NCBI GenBank assembly: GCA_023264445.1
Contig: JAHFMN010000001.1
Location: 69,928 to 133,927, forward strand
Direction of reading: 5' to 3'
DNA: 64,000 bases
From: Candidatus Kaiserbacteria bacterium
GTDB lineage: Bacteria; Patescibacteriota; Minisyncoccia; Phycocordibacterales; Phycocordibacteraceae
Shown: positions 44,037-53,540 of the stretch, piece by piece
Position numbering within the stretch: position 1 is the first letter of the stretch
Layout of the letters: the number at the start of each line of letters is the position of its first letter
Made by a program: the position numbers and the translations under genes
The notes under the pieces: generated by a model
What the model saw: only the letters and a program-made list of their open reading frames with translations
Databases searched by the model: none
What the model was told of the DNA's origin: nothing

Positions 44037-44861
44037 ATGGGACAGGTATTTACGTGGGATGCTATCCGCACCGGAAGAATCCCCAGATTGGAAAGTTTCC
44101 AGCGCGTGGCAGATATTTTGCGCAGGTCGCTCTCAAGCGAGCCATTTGTGGTGAGCGCACTACTCTTCGGTTCGGTCGTGCGAGGGGACTTCAATATCCG
44201 TAGCGATATCGACTGTGTCGTCATTTACGAGACCATTCGAGAAGGTCAGGCAGTGAGAATCATGCATAACATCAACCGGATGGCGCATGCATTGCATGTG
44301 CCCATCAACTTCACACCCTGCGACACGGTGCTGGCCCGAACGCGCCTGCACCATCTGGGAACGTCGTTCATCCGGCATTTGCAAGCATCAATCGATGCGG
44401 GCGGCCTGATCAAAGGCAATCTCGTCGATCTTCTTGCGCCGACGATACCTGTCGACCAGGAGATCGAGTCGTACATCAAGATGAAGATGTACAGCATGCA
44501 GGAATCGCTGGCCCAGATGACGTACTTCGGCGATGAGAAGCTTGCAGCGTTTCTCAAGAAGGCACTCGAGGCACCAATGCATGTGGCACGAAAGATGCTG
44601 ATCTACGAAGGGACTCTCCAGGGCGACTCTAAGAAGGAAGTTCAGGGGCGCTATCGCGAAACCATGCCGTCGCATCTCTGGAAGCAATTCGATGCTCTTC
44701 TGCGCGTCGATTCCTGGTATAGCACGGAGCTTGAAGCTACGATCAGAAGCTCTGGCAAGGTGAGCTACTACGGAATCGTGCTCGATGGTCTGAAGCAAGA
44801 ACTGCCAGCAGTGCTCGAGTTCCTACGTTCAAACATCCTCCGCCTCAACAAAGCCCGCTAG
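44037..44861 (+). CDS. Pol-beta-superfamily nucleotidyltransferase-domain protein (antibiotic-NTase-like architecture)
   Basis: RBS GAGGAGAAAGAGT. The NTase motif LLFGSVVRGDFNIRSDIDCVVIY plus a ~170-aa C-terminal helical domain. Confidence 0.65.
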   Translation: MGQVFTWDAIRTGRIPRLESFQRVADILRRSLSSEPFVVSALLFGSVVRGDFNIRSDIDCVVIYETIREGQAVRIMHNINRMAHALHVPINFTPCDTVLARTRLHHLGTSFIRHLQASIDAGGLIKGNLVDLLAPTIPVDQEIESYIKMKMYSMQESLAQMTYFGDEKLAAFLKKALEAPMHVARKMLIYEGTLQGDSKKEVQGRYRETMPSHLWKQFDALLRVDSWYSTELEATIRSSGKVSYYGIVLDGLKQELPAVLEFLRSNILRLNKAR

Positions 44862-44880
44862 CGGGCTTTGTTTTTGTTAT
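44848..44880 (+). terminator. rho-independent terminator
   Basis: AAAGCCCGC-TA-GCGGGCTTT hairpin followed by GTTTTTGTT. Confidence 0.6.
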
Positions 44881-44890
44881 ACTGTTCTTA

Positions 44891-45421
44891 ATGTCTTCCA
44901 CTGGTGGCACCGAAGCGCTTGCACAAGTGAATACGCTCGCGACCCATACGGCTCTTACCGCGTGGAATTCCGCGAGCGACTTCCTCATTATCATTATCCT
45001 TCTCTCTTTCTTCTTCCTCTTTGCGTGGTATGTCGGGCGCGGGCCCCTCGTCGCTATCCTCCTTTCCTACTACGGCGCGTACGCCATCTACACGCAGTTT
45101 CCGTATCTCTCGTACTTGCCCTCGGCGCCACCCCTGACGGCACTTCTGGCACACGTCGGAGTCTATACTGGAATCGGGTTCGCATTCTACGTCGTCTTGC
45201 GCCGCGTCGTCGTCTCCGACTTCCTCTCGGTAGGAAACATCGGGCTTATCATACTTTCGTTCCTCGGAGCGGCGTTTCCCATTGCGCTTGCATATCACGT
45301 ATTTGATATCACGACGGTGTACCAATTCACGCCCGCTATCGATATGCTCTTTGCGCCAGACAAATACTTCTTCTGGTGGTTTATTTCACCCGCCATCGGC
45401 CTCTTCTTCATCGCCCGCTAG
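44891..45421 (+). CDS. hypothetical 4-5-TM membrane protein
   Basis: Strongly hydrophobic ORF. Confidence 0.5.
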   Translation: MSSTGGTEALAQVNTLATHTALTAWNSASDFLIIIILLSFFFLFAWYVGRGPLVAILLSYYGAYAIYTQFPYLSYLPSAPPLTALLAHVGVYTGIGFAFYVVLRRVVVSDFLSVGNIGLIILSFLGAAFPIALAYHVFDITTVYQFTPAIDMLFAPDKYFFWWFISPAIGLFFIAR

Positions 45422-45439
45422 AAAGGGAAATGCTATTGT

Positions 45440-47239
45440 GTGCATGTGACTGAATCAGGAGAGAAGCAGACATTCACATGGGAACAAAAGAAAAAAGCGC
45501 TCTGGCGTCAGCTTCGTCCGTACCGCGGACTTCTTATTTCTCTTAGTGCGGCAGAAGTCGTTGCCGCTCTTGCAAACGGTGTGGTCCCGTATGTCACGGG
45601 TAAATTTTTTGACACGCTCGTCACCCCTTATTCAATCGGATTCACGAATCTTGGCTCTTATCCGGCATGGCTTGTCTTGCTTACTTTGTGGGCCGTTATT
45701 CAACTTGCCGCAAATAGCATTAGCTGGGCGATGGATCGCTCGACCCGCCAACTGACTACCCGGCTTGAAGCAGGCGTACAAGCAACGGCTTTTGCTCACC
45801 TGCTTACGCTTCCGGTCTCTTTCCATAAAAAGCAGCGCACCGGAGAAATAACCGACAATGTAAGCAAAGCCGGTTGGATGCTTGGGAGTCTCGTAAACAC
45901 CATACTCATTATTGCTCCCCAATTCCTCACAGTCGTAGTCGGTATCATTATCTCCTTTTCAATACGACCATCGCTCGCTTTTGTGCTGCTTGGCGGAGTG
46001 CTTGTCTATATTATTTTTCTTATTCGTGTCCTGCCCACCACTTCGCGATATCAAGAAGAGGGATTTAAGATGTGGAATCGCGCGTATGGTGATGCCCAAG
46101 ATGCATACACAAACGTCCAGACTGTGAAGCAAGCAGGGGCCGAAGAATACGAACGGGAACGAATCTTTTCTGGTTTTTTTAAGCAAGCGGTGCCGCTCTG
46201 GTATCGGATGGAACTTGCTTGGAGCAACCTCAACTTCTTTCAACGCATTATCGTAACGCTCACGCAAGGGGTCATCCTCTTTTATTCGGTGTACCTCATC
46301 GGACAGGGAGTGATTACCATCGGCGATCTGATCGCATTCAATGCGTATGCCGGGATGATTATGGGCCCCTTCGTCTCGCTCGGACATCAGTGGCAGACAG
46401 TGCAAAACGGCCTTGTCGCGCTAGCCAGAGCTGAAAATATATTCGGTGCTTCTTCTGAAAAATACAATCCAGCAGGGGCAGTACGCCTACCTCATCTTGA
46501 GGGTCGGGTCGCCTTTGAAGATGTGTATTTCTCATACGAACCGGATCAACCGGAAGTATTGAGTGGAATCTCATTTGAGGCAGACGCCGGCGATGTCATC
46601 GCATTTGTCGGAGAGACCGGAGTAGGGAAGTCGACCTCGGCAGAACTCATATCGGGTTACTATTTCCCCTCGCACGGCAGAGTTCTTATAGACGGTACTG
46701 ACATCCGGCAAGTCAACCTGACTGATATACGGAGCCAGATGGCAGTCGTTCCTCAAGAAGTTGTCCTGTTTAATGCGAGCATCAAGGACAATATCCGTTA
46801 TGGACGGCCGGAAGTTACCGATGCAGAAGTAGAAGCGGTTGCTAAGAAGGCGCATGCGGACGGATTCATCGAGAAATTCCCGCAAAAATACGAACAGGAG
46901 GTGGGCGAGCGCGGCATCAAGCTCTCGGTCGGGCAGAAACAGCGCGTTGCGATCGCACGGGCCATGCTTCGCAATCCGCGCATCCTGATCCTTGATGAAC
47001 CGACTTCTGCGCTTGATGCCGAAACTGAAAAATACATAAGTACCTCTCTCGATGAGCTTATGCAAGGCCGCACGACCTTCATCATCGCGCATCGGCTATC
47101 CACGGTGCGCAAAGCCGATAAAATAATCGTACTGAAGGATGGGAAGGTAGTTGAACAAGGGAAACATGACGACCTTATCCAGATTCCCGATGGAATCTAC
47201 CGCCATCTCTATGAGCTCCATATTGGGCTCCATGAATAA
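45440..47239 (+). CDS. ABC transporter, fused permease/ATP-binding (MsbA-like exporter)
   Basis: Six TM helices followed by Walker A GETGVGKST, LSVGQKQRVAIARA and ILILDEPTSALD. Confidence 0.9.
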   Translation: MHVTESGEKQTFTWEQKKKALWRQLRPYRGLLISLSAAEVVAALANGVVPYVTGKFFDTLVTPYSIGFTNLGSYPAWLVLLTLWAVIQLAANSISWAMDRSTRQLTTRLEAGVQATAFAHLLTLPVSFHKKQRTGEITDNVSKAGWMLGSLVNTILIIAPQFLTVVVGIIISFSIRPSLAFVLLGGVLVYIIFLIRVLPTTSRYQEEGFKMWNRAYGDAQDAYTNVQTVKQAGAEEYERERIFSGFFKQAVPLWYRMELAWSNLNFFQRIIVTLTQGVILFYSVYLIGQGVITIGDLIAFNAYAGMIMGPFVSLGHQWQTVQNGLVALARAENIFGASSEKYNPAGAVRLPHLEGRVAFEDVYFSYEPDQPEVLSGISFEADAGDVIAFVGETGVGKSTSAELISGYYFPSHGRVLIDGTDIRQVNLTDIRSQMAVVPQEVVLFNASIKDNIRYGRPEVTDAEVEAVAKKAHADGFIEKFPQKYEQEVGERGIKLSVGQKQRVAIARAMLRNPRILILDEPTSALDAETEKYISTSLDELMQGRTTFIIAHRLSTVRKADKIIVLKDGKVVEQGKHDDLIQIPDGIYRHLYELHIGLHE

Positions 47240-47254
47240 TGCTATATTTTTGAT

Positions 47255-48508
47255 ATGACGCTCGCTGAAGAACTGAAAAGCCGCGGACTCATAGAACAGT
47301 CCTCCACAGCACCAGAACAGATTCTTTCAAAACCACGCACGGTCTACCTCGGCATTGATCCTACTGCTGACTCGCTCCATGTCGGCCACCTTGTCCCCGT
47401 CCTTCTGATGAAGCGCCTGGCTGATGCAGGGCACAAGCTTCTCTTCCTCGTCGGGGGAGGGACGGGCATGATCGGCGATCCGAAAGAGCAGGGCGAGCGC
47501 GTCATGCTCGACGAGAAGACCGTCGCCGCGAACACCCGCGCGATCACGACTCAACTGAAAAGGATCCTCGGCCGCACTTCTTTCAAGATGCTTGATAATG
47601 CCGACTGGCTGACGAACGTGAAGCTCCTCCCGTTTCTTCGAGGCATTGGAAAATACTTTACGATAAACGATTTGATAAAGCGCGACCTCATCAAGAAACG
47701 CATCGAAACGCCGGACGAGAGCATCTCATACGCTGAATTCTCCTATTCGCTTCTGCAGGGATTTGATTACCTCACGCTTCACCAGAAATACGGATGTGAT
47801 CTGCAAGTGGGGGCGAGCGACCAGTGGACGAATATCCTCTCCGGCGTCGACCTCATCCACAAGAAACTTGGAGAGGACGTGTATGCGTTTACGACGCCGC
47901 TTGTCACTGACTCCACCGGGAAGAAATTCGGCAAAAGCGAGGGTAATGCAGTATGGCTTGATCCGAAAAAGACGTCGCCCTTCCGTTTCTACCAATTCTG
48001 GATAAACCTGCCGGACACCCGCATTGAGCAATACCTGAAGATCTATACATTTCTCTCGTCTCCTGAAATCACGATATTGATGGACTTGCACAAGCGTAAT
48101 CCCGGAGAGCGCCAAGCGCAGGAAACGCTTGCTCGGCTCGTCACCGAAATTGTCCACGGCCCAGCCGCCGTTGCACAGGCCGCCGCCGCAACCGATGCGC
48201 TTTTTGGCGACACTTCATTCGATGCGCTATCGCGCGAAGCGCTCGCCGTCGCACTTGCCGAAGCACCTTCGGTAGCGCTCATGAAGAAAGATGTTAAGGA
48301 CGGTTCTCCGCTTGCTGAAGCTCTCGTTACGGGAGGCCTCGCTTCTTCCAAGAGTGATGCACGCCGTCTCATCCAAGGGAAGGGCATCACGCTCTCCGGG
48401 CAAGCTATCGAAGATCCAGATCAGAAGGTATTTCTCGGGGATCTTTCCAAAGGCTATGCGCTCGTACGCAAAGGCAAACAGGGTGTCCTCATTCTAGTGC
48501 TCAAATAG
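47255..48508 (+). CDS. tyrS: tyrosyl-tRNA synthetase
   Basis: HVGHL (HIGH), KFGKS (KMSKS variant), and the C-terminal S4-like domain. Confidence 0.92.
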   Translation: MTLAEELKSRGLIEQSSTAPEQILSKPRTVYLGIDPTADSLHVGHLVPVLLMKRLADAGHKLLFLVGGGTGMIGDPKEQGERVMLDEKTVAANTRAITTQLKRILGRTSFKMLDNADWLTNVKLLPFLRGIGKYFTINDLIKRDLIKKRIETPDESISYAEFSYSLLQGFDYLTLHQKYGCDLQVGASDQWTNILSGVDLIHKKLGEDVYAFTTPLVTDSTGKKFGKSEGNAVWLDPKKTSPFRFYQFWINLPDTRIEQYLKIYTFLSSPEITILMDLHKRNPGERQAQETLARLVTEIVHGPAAVAQAAAATDALFGDTSFDALSREALAVALAEAPSVALMKKDVKDGSPLAEALVTGGLASSKSDARRLIQGKGITLSGQAIEDPDQKVFLGDLSKGYALVRKGKQGVLILVLK

Positions 48509-48583
48509 CGATATATTTGACAATCTCGACCTACGAGGTAGGTTATATTTGGCAGATTCGCCGTTCTGTTTAGGGAGAGGTCG

Positions 48584-49111
48584 ATGGATCCAAAATTGCT
48601 TAGACCGCAGCACAAGGTATGGGAACCGAATGTAGAAGTTCCCACCATCTTCGTCGACGCATTCCGCGAAGGCCATGACCCGGAAGTCTCTTTCCAATGG
48701 TTCGGGGAAAGTGACAGTTTGGGGTTTCTGGAGAAGGACTTCGGAGAAGAGGTCTCCTGGCGCTTTGGGCGGATGCAGTTTCGGTTTCCTATTCCGATGC
48801 GCATAGATGACATCCACTGGATGAACCATCCAGAGCATTTTCGAGTGGTCTTCCTCGGTCAGGGGAAGGATTGGCCGAAGACGGGAAAGGCACCGGGGGA
48901 TGATCTGGAGTCATGGTGGCTCTGGGTCGTGTCCACCCACTACACGACCATGCAACCGAGCGGGGAAGGTCCAGGTTCTTTCGCTACCCCTCTGAACGCG
49001 ATGCTCGGTGATGGAGTCTACGGCATCATCAGGCCGAAGCAGTACTTCGACATCGAGGTGCTCAACAAGGAGGTGCGGAGAGTCGATGAGATGCGACGAA
49101 AGCGTGCGTAG
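48584..49111 (+). CDS. hypothetical Trp-rich protein
   Basis: RBS GGGAGAGG. 175 aa with no recognisable domain. Terminator downstream. Confidence 0.5.
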   Translation: MDPKLLRPQHKVWEPNVEVPTIFVDAFREGHDPEVSFQWFGESDSLGFLEKDFGEEVSWRFGRMQFRFPIPMRIDDIHWMNHPEHFRVVFLGQGKDWPKTGKAPGDDLESWWLWVVSTHYTTMQPSGEGPGSFATPLNAMLGDGVYGIIRPKQYFDIEVLNKEVRRVDEMRRKRA

Positions 49112-49117
49112 TCCAGC

Positions 49118-49152
49118 GCCGGCCCCAGGTCGGCGCGTTTGTTTTGAAATAA
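49118..49152 (+). terminator. rho-independent terminator
   Basis: GCGCCGGCC-CCA-GGTCGGCGC hairpin followed by GTTTGTTTTG. Confidence 0.55.
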
Positions 49153-49179
49153 AGTCGTAATCGGCTATAGTTGCCCTAT

Positions 49180-49264
49180 TGCGTCGGTGGCGGAGTGGTC
49201 AATCGCAACAGGCTGTAAACCTGTCGGACATCGTCCTTCGTTGGTTCGAATCCAACCCGGCGCA
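49180..49264 (+). tRNA. tRNA-Tyr (anticodon GUA), long variable arm
   Basis: Acceptor GCGTCGG/CCGGCGC, anticodon stem ACAGG/CCTGT with loop CTGTAAA, a long variable arm, and T arm GTTGG-TTCGAAT-CCAAC. Coordinates may be off by 1 nt. Confidence 0.8.
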
Positions 49265-49269
49265 CAAAA

Positions 49270-49300
49270 AAGAAACCCCGCCAAAGCGGGGTGTGCGGTT
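49270..49300 (-). terminator. rho-independent terminator for the minus-strand peptide gene
   Basis: On the minus strand, ACACCCCGC-TTTG-GCGGGGT followed by TTCTTTTTTG. Confidence 0.5.
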
Positions 49301-49308
49301 CAGGGATA

Positions 49309-49423
49309 CTTACCATGGCATCCCCACCACGAACCAAAGAGCGATGCCTCCCAGTATGCTTACGATGAATAAGGTTCGCCCGATGAACCCAATGACCTCG
49401 AGGTCACTATATATCTTCTCCAT
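49309..49423 (-). CDS. small hydrophobic peptide (37 aa) MEKIYSDLEVIGFIGRTLFIVSILGGIALWFVVGMPW
   Basis: Strong RBS GGGAGGGG just upstream of the ATG. A terminator hairpin with a T-run lies immediately downstream. Below the ORF-track cutoff; coordinates may be off by 1 nt. Confidence 0.4.
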
Positions 49424-49473
49424 GTGCCCCTCCCAGTAAGAACGTATTTCTAACACTAGGTTATTTCGCAACC

Positions 49474-50460
49474 ATGTCAAGGCGTGGTATCGTAATTCGT
49501 ATGACCGATGGAAAACCCGTCCTCGTCTCCGGCGTAAAACCGACCGGGGACCTGCATATCGGCAACTATTTCGGCGCGATGCGCCAGCAGGTGGAGCTCG
49601 TCCAGAGCGAGAAATACAAGCCCTTCATATTTGTCGCCAACTATCACGCCCTCAACACCATGCAGGACGCGGAGGAGATGCGTAAGCGCACGCGCGAACT
49701 CGTCACCGCATATCTGGCTATCGGACTTGATCCGAAGGAAGTCGTCTTTTTCAAGCAGTCAGACGTGCCCACACATACCGAGCTCGCATGGATTTTTGAC
49801 ACCATCACCACGATGCCGTACCTCATGCGCGCGCATGCCTATAAAGATGCGGAAGCAAAGAATCACGAAATAAATGTGGGTACCTTTAATTACCCCATGC
49901 TCATGGCGGCTGATATTCTGCTCTATGATGCCGCGGTGGTACCAGTGGGGCAGGATCAGAAACAGCATATAGAGATTGCCCGCGATACGGCGGAGAAATT
50001 CAATCGCACGTTCAAAACGGAGGTATTCAAGCTTCCCGAGCCCTACATCATGCCCGAAGTTGCAGTCGTCCCCGGCGTTGATGGCAGGAAGATGAGCAAG
50101 AGCTATGGGAATGTCATCCCGCTTTTCACTTCTCGCGATGAACTTACAAAATGCGTCATGGGCATCGTGACTGATTCTTCAGGCGATCGTCCGGAAAATG
50201 TATACGCAATCCATAAACTAGTACGGAGTGAAGGCGAGCTCGAGAAACTGTACGACGAGCATCGTGGCAATTACAAGATGCTAAAGGAACTACTCGTTGA
50301 GGACCTCGACCGCTATCTCGCGCCGATACGTGCGAAATACGAAGCCCTTAAAAATGATTCCGGTATCGTGGACGAAGTCCTCGCGAAAGGGAAGATAGAG
50401 GCCCGCGCCGTAAGCGAAGCGAAGATGGAAGAAGTACGTCGCGCGATTGGTGTAGCATAG
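49474..50460 (+). CDS. trpS: tryptophanyl-tRNA synthetase
   Basis: GVKPTGDLHIGNYFG and KMSKS. Confidence 0.93.
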   Translation: MSRRGIVIRMTDGKPVLVSGVKPTGDLHIGNYFGAMRQQVELVQSEKYKPFIFVANYHALNTMQDAEEMRKRTRELVTAYLAIGLDPKEVVFFKQSDVPTHTELAWIFDTITTMPYLMRAHAYKDAEAKNHEINVGTFNYPMLMAADILLYDAAVVPVGQDQKQHIEIARDTAEKFNRTFKTEVFKLPEPYIMPEVAVVPGVDGRKMSKSYGNVIPLFTSRDELTKCVMGIVTDSSGDRPENVYAIHKLVRSEGELEKLYDEHRGNYKMLKELLVEDLDRYLAPIRAKYEALKNDSGIVDEVLAKGKIEARAVSEAKMEEVRRAIGVA

Positions 50461-50465
50461 GAATC

Positions 50466-51797
50466 ATGGAGCGCACACTTATCGGGGACTTGGGAAATCA
50501 TATCGGCAAGACCGTTTCCATTTCGGGTTGGGTGGATGTGCGCCGAGACCACGGGAAGCTTGTCTTCTTAGACATACGCGACCGCTCGGGGAAGGTACAA
50601 AGTGTCTGCCTACCAAATCATGCCGAAGCGCTTGAGACGGCGCAGACGCTACGGCCCGAGTGGGTTGTCTCCATTGAAGGCATCGTGAACGAGCGCCCGG
50701 AAAAGATGCGCGTTGAAGGAGTGAACGGAAATGTCGAGCTTGAAGCGACGGCGATAGCCGTCCTCTCGCAAGCGCAGGAGCTCCCATTCCCCAAAGACGA
50801 AAAAGTAAATCTCGATACTCTGCTTGATAATCGCCCCCTTACGCTCCGGAGCGAGCGAGAGCGAGATATTTTTGCCGTACAAGCCACGATAGCGGATGCC
50901 TATCGCCGCTCGCTTACAAAACAAGGATTCACCGAGTTTCAGGCGCCTGCGCTCACCGGCGGCGATGCCGAAGGCGGTGCAGCAGTGTTTAAGGTGGATT
51001 ATTTCTACGACAAGACGGCCTACCTTGCGACAAGTCCTCAGCTCTATAAGCAGATCATGGTCGGAGCATTCGAGCGCGCCTTCACGATTGCCCGCATATT
51101 CCGCGCGGAGAAAAGCGCGACGACGCGGCACATTTCTGAACTTACTCAAATGGATTTTGAAATGGGATTCATCAAGGACGAGCGAGACGTCATGGAAACT
51201 CTGGAACAGGTCATCCGCGAGGTCGTGGCCGAAGTAGGGAAGACGCATGCAGGAGTGTTTGCTCGGCTCGGCACAACTATTCCCAAGCTCGGAAAAGCAT
51301 TCCCCGTACTTACCCTGCGCGAAGCCCAGCAGATTCTCGGCGTCTCGGAAGCTCCCGACATGGAGCCGGAAGATGAACGGCGCATTTGCGAGTGGGCGCT
51401 CAAGGAACATGATTCCGATTTCGTATTCATCACTCGATTCCCGACGACGACCCGTGCGTTCTATACCTACGAGGACTCGAGCGAGGCGCCGTACTCGCGC
51501 GGCTTTGACCTCCTGTTCCGCGGTCTTGAGATTAACAGCGGTAGCCAGCGCATCCATAACTATGACGAGATGATCACGCGTCTCGAGACACGTGGGCTGG
51601 ACCCGAAGAAATTCTCTTTTTATCTGCAGGCCTTCAAATACGGCATGCCGCCGCACGGAGGATGCTCTACCGGCCTTGAGCGCTTCACCGCGCGTATGCT
51701 AGAACTCGCCAACATTAAGGAAGCATCGGCCTTCCCGCGCGACCTCAATCGCATTGATACATTGCTCTCGGTCAACACGACCGACAACGCCGAATAG
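50466..51797 (+). CDS. aspS: archaeal/eukaryal-type class II AspRS/AsnRS-family synthetase (likely aspartyl, possibly non-discriminating)
   Basis: N-terminal OB fold, FRAEKS, SPQLYKQ, and GMPPHGGCSTGLERF. The short 443-aa architecture is typical of AspRS2. Confidence 0.75.
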   Translation: MERTLIGDLGNHIGKTVSISGWVDVRRDHGKLVFLDIRDRSGKVQSVCLPNHAEALETAQTLRPEWVVSIEGIVNERPEKMRVEGVNGNVELEATAIAVLSQAQELPFPKDEKVNLDTLLDNRPLTLRSERERDIFAVQATIADAYRRSLTKQGFTEFQAPALTGGDAEGGAAVFKVDYFYDKTAYLATSPQLYKQIMVGAFERAFTIARIFRAEKSATTRHISELTQMDFEMGFIKDERDVMETLEQVIREVVAEVGKTHAGVFARLGTTIPKLGKAFPVLTLREAQQILGVSEAPDMEPEDERRICEWALKEHDSDFVFITRFPTTTRAFYTYEDSSEAPYSRGFDLLFRGLEINSGSQRIHNYDEMITRLETRGLDPKKFSFYLQAFKYGMPPHGGCSTGLERFTARMLELANIKEASAFPRDLNRIDTLLSVNTTDNAE

Positions 51798-51800
51798 CCA

Positions 51801-52544
51801 ATGGAAACTGAAGCCCTGAAGACTGGCTTTTCAATAAAGACCGATTCGTACGAAGGGCCGTTTGAAGTGCTGCTTGATCTCATAGAAACACGGAAACTTC
51901 TTGTAAACGATCTCGCGCTCGCAAGCATCACCGAGGACTTTATCGCGCATGTGCGTGCGCAAGAATCCTTTCCTGTAGAACAGACTGCACATTTTATCCA
52001 GATCGCCGCCACGCTGCTCCTCATCAAATCAAAGTCGCTCATCCCTGATCTTACGCTCTCTGATGACGAGAATGCGGATGTCGAGGACTTGAAACGGCGC
52101 CTTGCGGCGTATGAGAAGGTACGCGAGGCCGCTCGCGAGCTCTCCCGCATCTACGGAAGGAGTGTCATGGCGAGAGCAGGGAAGCGCGCGCCCGAGGTCT
52201 CTTTTGCACCCTCCCGCGACCTTTCCCCCGATACACTTTCCGAAGCGCTTGCGCGTATGCTTGCCGCACGTACAGAAGTTGAAGCGCTTCCTGAAGCTCG
52301 TGTAAAGCCGCTCGTGACTATCGAGGAGATGATGGACCAGCTCGCGAAGCGGGTGCAGAGCGCTATGACGCTTTCATTTAAAGATTTCGCCGGAAGTGCG
52401 AAGGAGAAAGTTGAAGTCATTATTTCCTTCCTCGCCCTTCTGGAACTCGTGAAGCAAGGGGCCGTTGCGGCCGAACAGTATGATGCTCATGGCGACATCC
52501 GCATCAGCCACACTGCCTCCGCTTCCGTCCCACACTATGGCTAA
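51801..52544 (+). CDS. scpA: segregation and condensation protein A
   Basis: FEGPFEVLLDLIETRKLLVNDLALASITEDF. Confidence 0.88.
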   Translation: METEALKTGFSIKTDSYEGPFEVLLDLIETRKLLVNDLALASITEDFIAHVRAQESFPVEQTAHFIQIAATLLLIKSKSLIPDLTLSDDENADVEDLKRRLAAYEKVREAARELSRIYGRSVMARAGKRAPEVSFAPSRDLSPDTLSEALARMLAARTEVEALPEARVKPLVTIEEMMDQLAKRVQSAMTLSFKDFAGSAKEKVEVIISFLALLELVKQGAVAAEQYDAHGDIRISHTASASVPHYG

Positions 52545-52917
52545 GGATTGGTGGCAGAAAGGGAAGGGGCTTGACCTCTGGTCCATCCCCCATTTTCTTT
52601 TCGGGATTCTGATGGGGATGTCTCCATCGCTTATCGGTGTGTCATTTTCAACGGCGTTCATGCTTACCATTACTCTCGCAGTAGCATGGGAACTCTATGA
52701 GCAATGCATCGGTATACGTGAGACCGTTCCGAACATCTTGCTCGATATCGTCTTGTCCATCACAGCATGCATCCTTACTTCATATGCGCTTCTTGCGTAC
52801 CCGCTTCATCCGCATGACCTTCTCGTCATAGCGGCCGCCGTACTGGTTCTCTATGTATTTACCAATCTTTCCGGATGGCTCGCATATCGCCGACGCAAAC
52901 GTGACTTCATGGGCTAG
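52537..52917 (+). CDS. hypothetical 3-4-TM membrane protein between scpA and scpB
   Basis: The ATG overlaps the scpA stop (ATGGCTAA). Hydrophobic. Confidence 0.45.
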   Translation: MAKDWWQKGKGLDLWSIPHFLFGILMGMSPSLIGVSFSTAFMLTITLAVAWELYEQCIGIRETVPNILLDIVLSITACILTSYALLAYPLHPHDLLVIAAAVLVLYVFTNLSGWLAYRRRKRDFMG

Positions 52918-52976
52918 ATGTCCGTCCCCATAAGAAGGCGTTGCCGCCTTGGGGCGGCGCAGCTACAATAGAGCCA

Positions 52977-53531
52977 ATGCTTACGCCTCCTGCCGCCGCA
53001 CACGCCCTTCTTTTTGCCTCTGACGGACCCCTTTCGAAGGGGCAGCTTGCCACGCTCCTCGAGGTGAAAGAATCGGAAGTGAAAGTCGTACTTAAAGCAC
53101 TGACCGATTCGCTCAAAGGGAGCGGCGTAATGCTAGTCGAGAACGACTTCGAAGTAGAGCTGCGCACCGCCCCCGAAGCTTCTGCAATCGTGAAGAAACT
53201 TCGCGAGAACGAGCTTGCGCGCGACCTCGGGAAGGCAAGTCTTGAGACCCTTGCCGTCATCGCATATCAGACGGGCGCCACACGCGGAGAAGTAGACTGG
53301 GTGCGCGGCGTTAATTCTTCTGCATCGCTTCGTACTCTTCTCATGCGCGGCCTTATAGAGGGGACGGAAGATCCGAAAGATAAGCGACGCATACGCTACA
53401 ACCTGACCACCGAGGCGCTCGCGCATCTCGGCATCGCGCAGCTTACGGATCTCCCACGTGCCGCAGAACTTTCCGTCGCCACACAGGAAATTATCAACGA
53501 GGAAGCAGCGGACGCTGACGCTCCTCTATAA
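52977..53531 (+). CDS. scpB: segregation and condensation protein B
   Basis: Winged-helix pair (LLFASDGPLSKGQLATLL ... LAVIAYQTGATRGEVDWVRG). An alternative start is at 52941. Confidence 0.8.
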   Translation: MLTPPAAAHALLFASDGPLSKGQLATLLEVKESEVKVVLKALTDSLKGSGVMLVENDFEVELRTAPEASAIVKKLRENELARDLGKASLETLAVIAYQTGATRGEVDWVRGVNSSASLRTLLMRGLIEGTEDPKDKRRIRYNLTTEALAHLGIAQLTDLPRAAELSVATQEIINEEAADADAPL

Positions 53532-53540
53532 CTCTAAAGT

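Noticed and set aside
44037-45421. Minimal CBASS (CD-NTase plus TM effector)
   Set aside because: A strong terminator lies between the two genes. The NTase has a substrate-binding-type C-domain rather than a cyclase core. There is no cyclic-nucleotide sensor domain on the membrane protein.
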